Both the position numbers and the translations under genes were made by a program. DNA of 64,000 nucleotides from positions 1,860,001-1,924,000 of the forward strand of contig OZ116701.1 in the NCBI GenBank assembly GCA_964199315.1, written 5' to 3'. Source of the stretch: Orbicella franksi. Its lineage: Eukaryota. Positions within the stretch are counted from its first letter, which is position 1; each line of letters begins with the position of its first letter. Below the pieces are notes generated by a model that saw nothing but the letters and a program-made list of their open reading frames with translations, was not told the origin of the DNA and made no database searches. Below are positions 12,401-44,300 of the stretch, piece by piece.

Positions 12401-14150
12401 GATCCGAGAGGGCAAGATAGCGCCATCTTGGCCGCTCGGGTGACCAATCACAGCGCAAGATTTGGTTCATCTTGCCCGCTCACGGAGCTAGCCATTTAAT
12501 AAGAGCCATTTATGTGTATTGTTCCTTATCGTTACTTAAATTAACTTAAATAAGCTGCTGATGTGACGAGCGAATAAATTTTCTTGTGCCGAAAAGAAGC
12601 ATTTTTGCCTGTCTCGAACATTCAATCAGAAAGCTGTTATATCAGCTGATGCAATCAGAGTACGTCGTGTTACTGGAAACCACTGCTCCATTCTGTTGTG
12701 TTGACACGCCCAACTGACATACTTATCTATTGTCGGTCCCAGGTCCATTCGGCGAGCGTGACGATCAACAAGTGTTCATTCAGAAGCTTGTACCGGACAC
12801 TGATCACGTGATCGTGCGGTTCTCTTCCACAGGGAAAAGGTAATAACTACGCGTTAATTTTACCTAACGCTATAATGCAATGCTGATCGCAGTAACGAAG
12901 CTTGTTTTAGCGGTTGCTGCATGGTAAGTTTTTGAATCAATTTATGGTCACAGCTTGAGATAATGAGAAGCTTCAGGAACTCAACCCAGGAGGTTAATTG
13001 ACGTCGCAAAGCTGAGAAGTTAAAGAGATAAAAGATGGATTTATTAGTCCGGCATCCTAAACCATTCAGCCTAGCTGAGTCTAAAAATCTCTTGGGTGGA
13101 ATCAAGAGTTCATTTCTCTTGACTGAATGCATTCGCGTCTGTTTAGAACGTTGGTATTATTTTTATCAGGATCTGCACAATTCGCTCAGTGGACGGCAGT
13201 AATATCACTTCATATTGCGTGCACGAATGTGACGCCTCGAGCAGAATGGGTTCCAGACCCCGGCGATTCCTGATAACAGGCCATTCAAACGGATGTATTC
13301 AAGTAAGAACACAGAATCTTATCTTTCCAAAGCAACTGGTGTCTTCGCCTATAGTAGGCTCTTCGCTGAAAGTAAATTGATATATTTATTTTTGTGTGTG
13401 TGGTGTCTAGATGTGGGACCTGACAACAGCACTAGAGATTGCCTCCAAGCTGCCTGGCGAAAACACAGGTTAGAGAGATTCTGCTTCGATAAATTACTAA
13501 AATGATACCTGTCTGCGGTACAAATTCAATCTGTATTGTAAAGGAGAGTTGTTAGTCTTAGACTGTTGACTCTTACAACGAAGAGTCATTCGCGTTTCCA
13601 GTTTTTGTGTTGTGATGATCTGACCAAAGCCCATTTGCCAAGACTTTTTGAACCGCTTTGGTTAGGAGACGCAAAATCCCAGCCCAAATCGTTAAGGCAG
13701 AAAATTCTGATGGGTCGAAGGTTAAAAAAATGCTTTACATAACAGCGACGTCATAAACTGTAAGACAAAAAAATTCATATTCTGTTATACTTTCCAGCAT
13801 TTATTCTCGAAAGTGTACACTGGATCACCAAGCGCACGGAATATTGTCGTTGTCGCTTTATGTTCCTTATGTAACGCCTTTTGTTACTCTTTTTTTTTTT
13901 CACAGAGCGTGACGATATTGGTAATGTCACACAAGGAGAACTGTTACGGACACTCGAACAATGTGACCTCAGTGCGTCACGCTGCACGACGCCCTCCATG
14001 TCGCCAGCCACGTCACTGCTGCACACAAATCTCACGGGCTCGCGCCTCAAACTCTCGTACTCATGCCCTAGCTTGGGCGAAGATGACCGCGAAGAGGCTG
14101 GTGCCAGCGGAGGAAAGTCCAAATATGGCATTCTCATCTCGCAGTGTTAG
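3437..14150 (+). CDS. KCTD3: BTB/POZ and WD40-like protein, KCTD3/SHKBP1 ortholog (662 aa, 18 exons)
   Basis: GT-AG exons: 3437-3480, 4165-4218, 5417-5462, 5976-6049, 6514-6572, 7409-7489, 7934-8098, 8634-8718, 9084-9214, 9403-9471, 9738-9853, 10276-10363, 10894-11010, 11898-12224, 12743-12839, 13170-13302, 13411-13468, 13906-14150. Total 1989 nt, in frame. Recognised motifs: [114 protein letters not shown]. Confidence 0.96.
4455..4640 (+). mobile_element. SINE, family A (other copies ~10540-10720 -, ~15540-15790 -, ~31300-31575 -, ~54040-54115 -)
   Basis: Copies share, to varying extent, TGTTGTGTTCTTGGG..A..CTTTACTC..CAGT and GGACT..ATCCCATCCAG..GGAGTAG blocks. The 31300-31575 copy keeps a tRNA-like head. 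Confidence 0.65.
6745..6943. mobile_element. MITE with CAGGGCT-type ends (hAT-like); related copy 36470-36656
   Basis: Imperfect TIRs CAGGGCTAGGAAAAAA / TTTTTTTGAGCCTTG. The internal block GAATGAAAA..ACT.GCCC.GCAGGA.AATCTAC.TGTCC is shared with 36470-36656. Confidence 0.55.
7177..7354. mobile_element. Tc1/mariner-pogo-like MITE (similar element ~55758-55930)
   Basis: TA on both sides (7175-76, 7355-56); imperfect TIRs CCGTGGAATTC / GATTCTACTG. Confidence 0.55.
8794..9066 (+). mobile_element. tRNA-derived SINE, family B, filling most of KCTD3 intron 8
   Basis: Degenerate A and B boxes (GGGGCAGTGGTGAGA, GGGTTTGATTCT); central GGGTTTTTTCCCGGGTACTCCAGTTTTCCTCCC motif like conserved SINE central domains; (TTA/TTTA)n tail. 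Confidence 0.7.
11031..11299. mobile_element. MITE with CCAGGG..CATAT-type TIRs
   Basis: Left end CCAGGGGGGGAACTACCATATAAA versus right end reverse complement CCAGGGTGAAATCTCATATTTAAA; lies in KCTD3 intron 13. Confidence 0.5.
12236..12502 (+). repeat. Interspersed repeat (partial copy ~6985-7063)
   Basis: Shared block GGCC..TATCCAG.CATCTTGACC.AACA.GC...AA.AAAGGTTTATTA at both sites. Confidence 0.6.
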
Positions 14151-14972
14151 AGTCTAAAATATAGGAGCATACAATAGAGAACAGGCGGGAAATACAGTGA
14201 ATTTATAGCCGTAGCCGGCTTTAAATATTTAAACCTAACCACGTTGGATTAGACAGTGAAACGCACAGGCTAGTGGAAAAGTTCAGTTCTCGTATGTTTC
14301 AATTTCTCGATGATTTGTGAAATCTATAAAATTGGGAAAACGCACTCGTTTTCATTATTGAATTGATTGTATTATCAGAAGGAGAGTCGTGCACAATGTT
14401 TGAGTTTGATATCGGTGTTTGCTGTCATTAGGACTCGAGAGATACGCCAAAAATGTTGAGAAAAACTGTACAAAGTTGCAAAAGCGAAATATTCCTAGTC
14501 TCGTGTGATTCCGCGTGAACTTGACCCTGGTTTGGACGATTGAAAAATGCTTTCCTCTTGTCACTCTCACAGCTGAACCAGGCTCCTAGTTATTTTTCAA
14601 AATGAAATTACCACGAAACGTTAACATGGGTGAGATATTATTTGAAATTTCTTATCAACGTCGAAGCAAAATTACAATTCGCGGGGCCAAATTTTCGTTT
14701 CTTGATGATGGCTTTGAAAAGCAATACAACGAAGGTCCAGCCCGAATTGGAGAATTATACAATTACATTGAAGGTTTCTACTGCATGAAAACTACTGCGA
14801 GGTGTCATGATATGAGCCCGCGATTTTCGCATTTTAAGTTTCTAAGCAACAAACGTGCCCCTATCGCGTCATGTCACCTAACAGCTATTGTAGTTCTGGT
14901 GTTTGTTTACGCTGTTTTTTGATTGGATGAGAGGAATCGGAAGCTCTTGAAGTCAGTCAACATGGAACTTAA

Positions 14973-15197
14973 AGGAGCTACGTCACGGTTGAAAAGTTAA
15001 GCCTGAATTATTTCAAGCTTGTTGTTTGTAATCCGTGTTAATCTTTTCCATCCTTAACCATCCTTGTTCCTTTATGGTTTATTAATATCTCTTCGGTGTT
15101 TTTCTATCTTTGTAAACTACTATTTTCAGGTTTCCTTAAGTTTAAAGGTAATTTTGTTCGTGGCCAAAATAACTCAAAATACCGTGACCGAGTTCCT
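14973..15197. mobile_element. Kolobok-type MITE
   Basis: TTAA target duplication (14969-72, 15198-201); RR..YY termini; TIRs AGGAGCTACGTCACGGT / ACCGTGACCGAGTTCCT. Confidence 0.75.
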
Positions 15198-16081
15198 TTA
15201 ATTCTCAGAGTCATTGGGAAATGATCTTAAATGAAATTGGGAAATGACCTTGAAATGATCTCGAAAATAAGTGCGTTTGTGAGATACATTCTCTGTTACT
15301 TAAATGTACACAATTTTAATGGTTTGTTTCCCGTTGAGAACTTGTAAATTTATTTAAGAAGTGGAAATAAAGATTTTGGATGAATTTTTTGTTATCTTCA
15401 AGACAGTTGAAGTGATGCAGAGCCGGCAGTGTAAAATCGTTGAGGGCTTCCTGCTAGGTCCCAAACAAATAAAGTGATGCACAACGACCTTGCAAGGACA
15501 AAAGTCCCGACTAATCCAAGAAATCAAGACAGCCTGTAAGCTCATTCGCAGAGTTTGCATCAGGCAAAGAAGCCCTTACCGGTGGAGTTCATTCCAGTTT
15601 CTATTGCATTAAGGCACCCTCCCTGGTCCCTTTCTCCCTAAACCCTCGAACCCAAGTCCGTCGCAGGGTTCCCCAAATTTAAATTCGCCGTTACCGTTAA
15701 CATACTTTATGGAAGCAGGAACTGTTGGAGTTATGTGTCTTCCCCGAGAACACAACTCAGTGCTGACCATTTGGTCCCCGCGTCTCTTACAAATTTCACA
15801 GGGTTCAGTGCTTGTAGCATGAAGCGACCATGATCTTTTTCATTGGAAATATTTTTTCAGGTTGCCAGTTACCCATTCACACTCCTGAGTGAAAACCTGC
15901 TCTAGCTTGGGAGTGGGCTCTTCGCGGTGAAGGAGAATTCAAAATCGGACCAGAAGGAGCTCGGCGACACATCTGTTCCCTTTCGTCCGCTGAGACGAAA
16001 GGCTGCTTTCTTTTGGGAAGGTCCCGATCAAGATTTTAGCCCATGATGAATCTAATCCTGGTGCATCAAGGGAAACCCATG

Positions 16082-16369
16082 TACTACGATTATAAGTTGA
16101 GTAAGGCGCGACGAAAGTTTGGTCATCGGGTTTTAACGTAAAAATCGCGTTGTTGTCACGGGTAACTGGTTCCGTTTCCAGTGGCAATTTGTCGGCTTTG
16201 ATGTCATTAACAGCAAAGCGCGCGAAATTGTACGCGACGCCACAGGCGACGCACGGCTGTTGATATCAATGGAAACAATGTAAGTTGCCCGTGACTGACA
16301 CCGAAATTTTAAGTCCAAAACTTCGTCACCAAACTTCCGTCGTGCCTTACTCAACTGACAATCGTAGTA
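16082..16369. mobile_element. MITE with ~42-bp TIRs
   Basis: TACTACGATTATAAGTTGAGTAAGGCGCGACGAAAGTTTGGT at 16082-16123 is inverted as TACTACGATTGTCAGTTGAGTAAGGCACGACGGAAGTTTGGT ending near 16369. Confidence 0.7.
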
Positions 16370-17005
16370 TCTAGTATGGACAAGGATTCATGGGTTCTTT
16401 TGATGCACCATCATCCGAATGATCACGGAGAAATCATAAATCCTGATCCGCAAAGGAACACACCCCGATATTCACTTTCAAGCGCGCTTTGAGAGCCTCT
16501 GCGAAAGAGAGTCATCTGCATTGAATCGCGAGAGAGGTCTCGGATTCAATTAACCATTCGAAGAATTGTCTGCTTTCTCCTTTAGATTTTCTAGCGAGAA
16601 GCAAAACAACAGGCCATGCAAGTTTCGTCTTCTGCTTCGGCGTTTTCCATTTACTACGTTCGATATAGGAATAATATGACGCTGTTGTAGCTTACATGTC
16701 TTGAAGCAGTCTTATAAATTTTCTGTCGCAAGAAGCAAACGTACACTCCAAGTAAAAGTGTCCAGTTTTAATTTTGTACAACTTTGTTTTGACATACAAA
16801 AATCACAGTAATTCGCTATCAAAACAGTTCTATGTGCGAAAATATCTCCTGTGCGAACAAATAAATAAAAAAAGAATACATCCACTCTGCTTGGCTTCCT
16901 TCATGTTAAAAAATCTATTCTGTTTTAAGCAACTGATGACTTGTGACAACGTGGAAATACTGCAAACGATTTCGAATCAGAAGCGTCGGGTGAGGAATAC
17001 CGCTG

Positions 17006-37297
<20,292 letters not shown>

Positions 37298-37978
37298 TCT
37301 GGTCTGACAATCAACTAACGTCAACCTCGGACGTTGTCTAATTCTTCACAGGTTTTTAATTGCAAAGTCTTAGTGACAAACCAATAAAAGAAACTCAGAG
37401 ATTCGTAAAGGCAACCATAAGCTTACGATGTTATGTTTTGTTGTAACCATCACAATTCCTACAGTTGTTTACTTTAGAACAGTCAATAAATTAATCAGTC
37501 AATAAATTAATCAATCCAATTGGTTATAAATCCTTCACGGCAGCTTAGTCTTTTCTTCAGCTTCACTGCCCGCAGTGGTGAAGAATCCAGAGATGCAAAT
37601 GCTTGAACAACAGAAATTCCGGTGATTACTGGAGCGAGCTGGCCTTGATTTGAAATGACCCACTTTTTCCTGGAGTTATCACAACAATTAACAGAGAACC
37701 TTGATGCCAGTCAAGCTCAACTTTTGATCAGATAACCTGTTCTCTGCGTGCTCTTCTTAACTATAATCCAGTAACAACAAAACTCTGAACATCACGTTGA
37801 AATTGAAAATGAGCTTTCCCACCGGTTCAAAGTATCCGCCATTTTACTTACATTTCCTCGTTGCCATCCAGGCAAGCAAGGATTTATGGGAAGATAATGA
37901 TACCGTGTGACGGGCCCATCGCGTGACTAGCAGTGAAACGATCGATCAAAACCAGAAATTGAAATCGCTTTTTTTGTG

Positions 37979-39214
37979 ATGGAGGCAGAAACAGGAAAGA
38001 ACGAAGAGTTTGTTGATTTAATCTCCTCGGGGAGACCAATTGATAATTTCTTGACCCGCAGCATTTCTTCCAGAGACCCATGCAGATATTTGTTCGAGAG
38101 GACAAAACGCCTGTTTTCTTCCGGTGTGTTTTTGAAGGCCTCTGCATACGCTGTCGGATTCTGGAACCCCAGCAAAGGATTCCGTGGTATAATGGCAGCG
38201 ATCGTATTATTACTGGATGTATATTACCTCTGTGAAGCCGTTTATTATGCTTTCGTGTGTGGCCATTTTGACACACCCCTCGACCCTTGGATGTGTGTGA
38301 ACGTCTCCACTACAAACTCATCATGTACAAGTAAGGCAACTTTACCTGAACTTCTACACGGAGTTGAGCTGATCAACATTTTATATCTGGTCTCCTGCTT
38401 TGCTGTGCTCATGTCCAATGCAGCATTCGTTTGGTGTATGTGGAATCTGAAACGACGATCGGATCATTGCGTGACACTAGATCAGTCCTATTCCGCAGCC
38501 GGACGCTCGCTCTGGGTCACGCTAAACCTCACCATGCTTATTTTTGGCTCCTGCCTTGTGATTAAGGTTTTATGGTTCAACTTGACCATCAATGCGCCGC
38601 TCGTTAATTACGTGTCAGTTTCTCTGACCATCATTCCACGCTGGAGTATCCTTACAAGTTGCTGGATGTTTTCAGTCATCACCAACGCAATGAAAGACTG
38701 CGTGACATCATGTCACGCGGAAATCCGAATCACCACCAACAGCAGCTTAAATGACGTCATACGCATTCATAAGCGCCTTTGTAAACAGATTTCTTGTACT
38801 TCCGAGTCTCTGAAACCATGGTTTGTAATTCACTGGTTTGTTTTGGCGATAACGACCGTCATTTATATTGCAGATATGGTGGATTTTTTTCAACAAAATG
38901 CCAGCGAGTGGTACGATTTGTATCAGGACGCCCTTGTAAGTGTGGTATACCTGTATGCGTTTGTCTACCCAAGCTACTGTGCCGCTTCAGTGACTGCTCG
39001 CTGCAATCAAATGCTTAAGGAACTAAATATGACTTCTGACGAGGATTGGGACACAGGGCACCCATTCCACAGCCGGGCCCAGCTGGCGCTCTTCATCCAG
39101 TGTGCACAGTACACTGAATGTGGCTTCCAAGCTGGTGGAGTCACATTTGGCTCCAACTTGGCGTGGTTTTCAACCCTCGTTGCAATGTGTGGCTTGGGTG
39201 TGAAAGTGCTCTGA
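37979..39214 (+). CDS. Intronless seven-transmembrane gustatory-receptor-like (GRL/7TM ion channel superfamily) protein, 411 aa
   Basis: Uninterrupted ORF with the first ATG at 37979 and seven hydrophobic segments. GRL-like C-terminal half: IRIHKRLCKQI..PWFVIHW, FVYPSYCAASVTARC, LALFIQ....CGFQAGGVTF followed by a terminal TM7. Confidence 0.7.
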   Translation: MEAETGKNEEFVDLISSGRPIDNFLTRSISSRDPCRYLFERTKRLFSSGVFLKASAYAVGFWNPSKGFRGIMAAIVLLLDVYYLCEAVYYAFVCGHFDTPLDPWMCVNVSTTNSSCTSKATLPELLHGVELINILYLVSCFAVLMSNAAFVWCMWNLKRRSDHCVTLDQSYSAAGRSLWVTLNLTMLIFGSCLVIKVLWFNLTINAPLVNYVSVSLTIIPRWSILTSCWMFSVITNAMKDCVTSCHAEIRITTNSSLNDVIRIHKRLCKQISCTSESLKPWFVIHWFVLAITTVIYIADMVDFFQQNASEWYDLYQDALVSVVYLYAFVYPSYCAASVTARCNQMLKELNMTSDEDWDTGHPFHSRAQLALFIQCAQYTECGFQAGGVTFGSNLAWFSTLVAMCGLGVKVL

Positions 39215-39558
39215 GGAAGAAACACTCAATGCAGTCTTCACAAGAATGAATGCTAGCAGTTGTTACGTTGTTAGGAAGTGCTTTTCAGCCTACCTAAGGA
39301 CCACTTCTAAAACTTTCCTGATCATGTCTTCCATCATGATCACATGACAGATGATAAGCTTGCGTGATTCTTGAATTAAATATGGTCAAATACGCGATTT
39401 TGTAAGGCTATTTTGGAGGAGATGGGCGAGATAATCAGTTTAAGTATGGTTTCACACGCTAACGCATTTATTACGTTATGGGTAGTTTTCTTTCTGTACT
39501 CTATACTCAGCAACAGACGTAATATACTACGATTATTAGTCGAGATTAGATTAGTTAA

Positions 39559-41027
39559 GGTTACAGTATACCTTCAGGGGTGTCTCGCGCGCAAGCGATG
39601 TAGCACGTGCAGTTTAAGCTGTAGATACCTAAACCCCTATATCAAATTAAAGCTTATGGAGCTGGCTATCAAACTATACCAAGAATTTTGAAAAAAAATG
39701 AATTGTCGAATTTTTCACGACCACTAAATACGAGCGCCCGAATCACCTTTCGAAAGCTACAAGTCAAAGCGAATTTCCTTTTTCGCCAATTTAATTTTTT
39801 CCTCGGTTTCAGGGCCCAAAGCGCTTAAAAAATGTGTCTGCGTTTTGGCATATTCAATTGCAGTAAAAGGTTACAGAACATTTTCGAAATAGGATTTAAA
39901 AAATGTGGAGTGATCGTACAAAAATCGCTCTCGAAGAAAAAGTATTTCGAAATTAACAATTCCCAGATACGCTTTTGTAGTTTATATGTTAAACTAGCCA
40001 CTGTCCCAATTTAAGAGCAATTGAACAAATTCCCTTTGAGTTATAACTTTTTAAAGTGTCTGCTTCAAGTGAAAAAATTTATTCGAGAAAACAGCGCTAA
40101 GAAAAATTTTCTGCTTCACAAACAAACTCCGCCCACAAACGCCTTCAACTGGGTTCTCAAATAACTAAGCCAATCAGTGCAGGGAAAGTTTAGTACCGTT
40201 AACCTCCTGGTGAAATTTACGCGCGAATCTCTAAAAAACTCTTGTGTTTCGCAATGCGCTCAAGGAACCGAAGGCAGAGAGATAATTTTTCTGTAGCTCG
40301 GTTTTTCTTGAAGCTGGTCTGGCAAAATGGGGGAGACTAAAAAGGATACGAACGCTAGAGTGGCTGAGCGAAGGAAACAAACAAAAGAAAGCGCGGAGAG
40401 CAACTGTGTGTGGGCAGCTGTGCATGGATAATATTTCAAATGGTCTCAATGAGTCCGACGATTCGTCGATATCGGACTCATCAGAAGAGTCTCTGTCAGC
40501 ATCCCTGTTATTGCTGTCAAGTTCCGAAATTTTTACAGAACCTTTCTTTTCTCTTACCACGAATATTTACCCGCCTTATACGATAACTATAGCTTCATCC
40601 GCGTGGCGAACTTTCGCTTCTTCACTCATTGATGTATTTTCATTCGTTCTTCGCTGTTTTCGCTTTTCGAACTGGTCCATGGTTTAAACGTGGTCTATGT
40701 TTACTTATAATTTAATAGAGACACGCCTAATACCAAAAATGCTGGGTAGTCAGAACAACAATGCTGATCAACTGAGTAGTCAATTCGTGACATCCATATA
40801 GGTAATTCCCGCGAAAATCGTCTCGGTTGATTGCATACGCGCCATAGGGCTGTCAATCAAGAGGTAAACTTTCACTTCCGGTGAAAACGTAAAACCGCCA
40901 TTTCTCCGCCAATATTTAGCCTTTTTCAAAATTTTTTTTCAGAAATTAGAGATTATTCTTCGACCACTATTTTGACCCAAAAATCCAAATTTGAAGAAAA
41001 TTGCCGACCCGAAGGTATACTGTAACC
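39559..41027. mobile_element. Kolobok-type non-autonomous element (1469 bp)
   Basis: TTAA TSD (39555-58, 41028-31); perfect 17-bp TIR GGTTACAGTATACCTTC; internal broken acidic ORF on the minus strand (~40680-40231). Confidence 0.85.
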
Positions 41028-41394
41028 TTAAGCCGCGAGAAAAAAATGGCGGCGCGAAATCCTAGGGGCGAGAAGCTTTGTCTGTCTGGTCCCTCCCTTC
41101 GTGCGCTTCTCGCTCCCAGAATTTTGCGGGATCACGGGTTTTTCAGAGAACATTTCCCCAGTGGGATAAACAGAAGCAACTTGATTGACGCACATTTCTT
41201 TAATAATCAATATATAATAACCATGAATCATACAAAATATACAAAATAAATAGCACGTAACGACGTCAGCGACATCAAGATGACGGAAGGTGTGTTTCCG
41301 GCACATGTATAAAGAAATGCTTTGTATGAAGTGAGTAATTATTTACCAATACAACTAGCAAAATATGTGCTTCGCTTGGACAATGCAACAAAGC

Positions 41395-44300
41395 TTAAAG
41401 TGACAGTGCTGCTCTCAGATTTACGATATGATTATAGAGTTTTACAGCAGGTCCAAGCTTCAAGTTCATTCCTTTCATTAATATCTCTGGGGATAGTGAA
41501 AGCAGAGCTTTGCCGTCAATTTCCTGTAAAACAAGAGAAAAATAGAAGGTTTTCATTACACTTCTAAGGTTATTCTAATACCAAGTTATGACCCATTGCG
41601 TCCTCGAATTGACGAACAAATTCTCCTTACTAGTCACGGTACAACTGTTTCAGGATAAGCTGGGATAATCTGACTTTAAATCTAATGTTAATTCGCTGGC
41701 GTATTGAAAAGACTTCTCCCCAAACGCTTAATTCTTTCTCAGCTTGAGACTGGGCATGAAAATTCCCTACGGATGACTTAACCCTACGGAGATCCAAGCA
41801 GTGTCTCTAATTGGTTGTTTCTCGGTTTTGAATTTTCGCGCGTAAGAAATAACCAATCAGAGACATTGATCTCTGTAGAACTATGGCTGGTGGCATAATC
41901 GGTTAAGCGTGATACACTAGTAAAGCAAGAAAATTAACAAAAAATTTGCTTAATTTATGAAATTATTTGTAGAAGCTAGCTGATGACTAGAGGATTTGAT
42001 CATTTGGTACAAACCTCTTCCAGAAACAGTTCCGCCTTATCCCTACAGTCAGTTGCTGCGATAAAATCCGCCACGTTTCTGGCGTCCCATTTAGTCAACT
42101 CTTTATCGCATATCGCATCAGTCTTTATGTACTCCACGAGTGGGGGACTGGGTTCTGTCGCGTGATTTACCGACACTACCTCCCTGGGAACCAATCTCGG
42201 CCTAACATACAAGGCCATCGGGTTGAAAATGCCTTCTTGAGTGTTTGGCGCTGGGTTTGGTACAACTTCTGGTGTGCGACAAACGGCTGGATAATGAAGT
42301 TTATCTGATGGCGCGATTGAGTTTTTGTCATCTTGAGGCAGCGGTGAGCCAGTTACATCCTCTCTTGAAATTCGCGGGTTACCAACGTAAATGGTTGCTT
42401 TCGGATGTTGCCCATGTGTGTGCGGTATATTAACCACGTGATTATTTCCACTACCTCCTCTTAAGTCGCCATTAGTATTACCTGAATCAGGTCGTGAAGG
42501 ATTTGTTGACGTGACATTCACACCCGCGCTTGATTCATAACCAGAATGTACTCTTGCATTCTGTGGCGTGTTGTCTTTGTATGAAGTGGACTGAGGTTGG
42601 GAGTGTAGAACAAACTTCGCTTTGTCAGGATGGCTAGCAATACTTGCCTCTTTTGAACCTTTTGTCGAATGAGGACGCGGATGAGAGTGCGTGCTCGTAC
42701 TTGCAACTGTTGTACAGCTGTCATTTTTGCGTTGTAACGCACGTGTTTCCAAGCCCGCTTTGTCCCCCACTCGATTGGGAAGCTGGGCACCAGCTGGCAA
42801 AAATGCATAAGCAGCTTCTCTAGTGTCCGGTTTATAAACAGGCAAGAGATAGCCAGCCCGAGGAGGGAGACTGGCGCCAGGAGAGGGAGTTTGCGCCGCC
42901 GATTTTGATATGTAAACAATACAGCCAGGATCCACCGTTACTGACGGTAGCCCTTTAGAGGAAGGCGTGGTTGTCATAGTTACTGGTGATGTCATGGTAA
43001 CGGCAAGTGGCGTGGATTTGCTTTGTGACTTTTTTGCAAACGAGACGTCATCTTCTCGACTGTCATGCAAGGAGTAGCATTGTTTTATCCGCGGCATGCT
43101 TTCATCTCCTGCTGACAAGAAACAGCATCAGTTCAAATGAGTCATGTAACTCTTTGGAAAAAGTCTATTTAATAAGTTCACATTTGCCACAAGCTAAGTA
43201 AAACGCCATAAATTTATAAGGTAGAACTAACAACCAAATGAAAAAGACAGCTTTGCATAACTACTTGTGTTATTGGAGCTTCGCGAAAGCAGTGAATTCC
43301 AAAATTGTTGAAAATGGGTAAAATTATTCTTTGAAGTCTCTACTTTTTTTATTGTGTCACTTAAAATCAACCCCTCTCTCCCATCGAGGGTCTCTTGATA
43401 TCCATCGCTATTTTGATATGGGAGGAGAGGGACGGGAAAGTGCTGCCGATGTTTACATACCTCGTACGCTCTGATCCAGTCCTCCGCGGCTGTGTCTCAT
43501 CATTGTAGAGGGATTGTTCACGGAATTTGATGAAGTAACCTGCCAGAAAATATTGATAAAAAGCGAAAATACTTTATCAAACTAAGAATTATTTAAGACT
43601 TCTGACAAGCCAAGACGTACAGGACATCAAAGGTCAAGGGAGGGACGAGGAGTGACGTCTATCTTGCCCAATTCCTGTACGGCTTTCTTCCAGGCCTTCA
43701 CGGTCAATCGATGTCGGTGACGTCACACTTTTCGCCTTGGACCACATGACCTGAGAACGACTGACCGAGGCGACATATCAAGGCCTAGCTAGGAACTAGG
43801 CAAACTTCTATTAATTACCTCAATGTCGCTGGAAAAAACACTGAAGCGAGAGGTTACAAATTTGATGGGAAACTTCTCACGATATGGCACGCACACAGCA
43901 TCATCGAAAAATTAAAATTCTTTTCGGAAACGAAGTTTATAGTGCTAGAAGTGTGCACTTAGTCATAGAGTCGTCATAGTTACTAGAGGGAAGTGGTCAG
44001 TGAAGTCAAGAAATCTCCGTTTGGTCTATGATTTTTTGTTCGCTTTTTTGCCCTCAGACGCGAAAGCCGAGCTCGGAAAACGAGCGACAACCAGCTACAA
44101 CCTACAACCGTGTACAAAACACGACGTGCGGTTACATCTCTCTGAACAACTTGACAATAAAAACGTTTCGGTTACGTAATTAATGCACAGTGTATAAACT
44201 CAAGTAAAATGTTAATTAAATTAGAATATCCCAAAGTAGAATTCTAAATAAAGGTATATTAAATCGACTCACTAAATTTGTGTGTTGAAAAGTTTCTTAT

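Noticed and set aside
14602-14922. 106-aa ORF downstream of KCTD3
   Set aside because: No motif or splice support; likely chance or repeat-derived.
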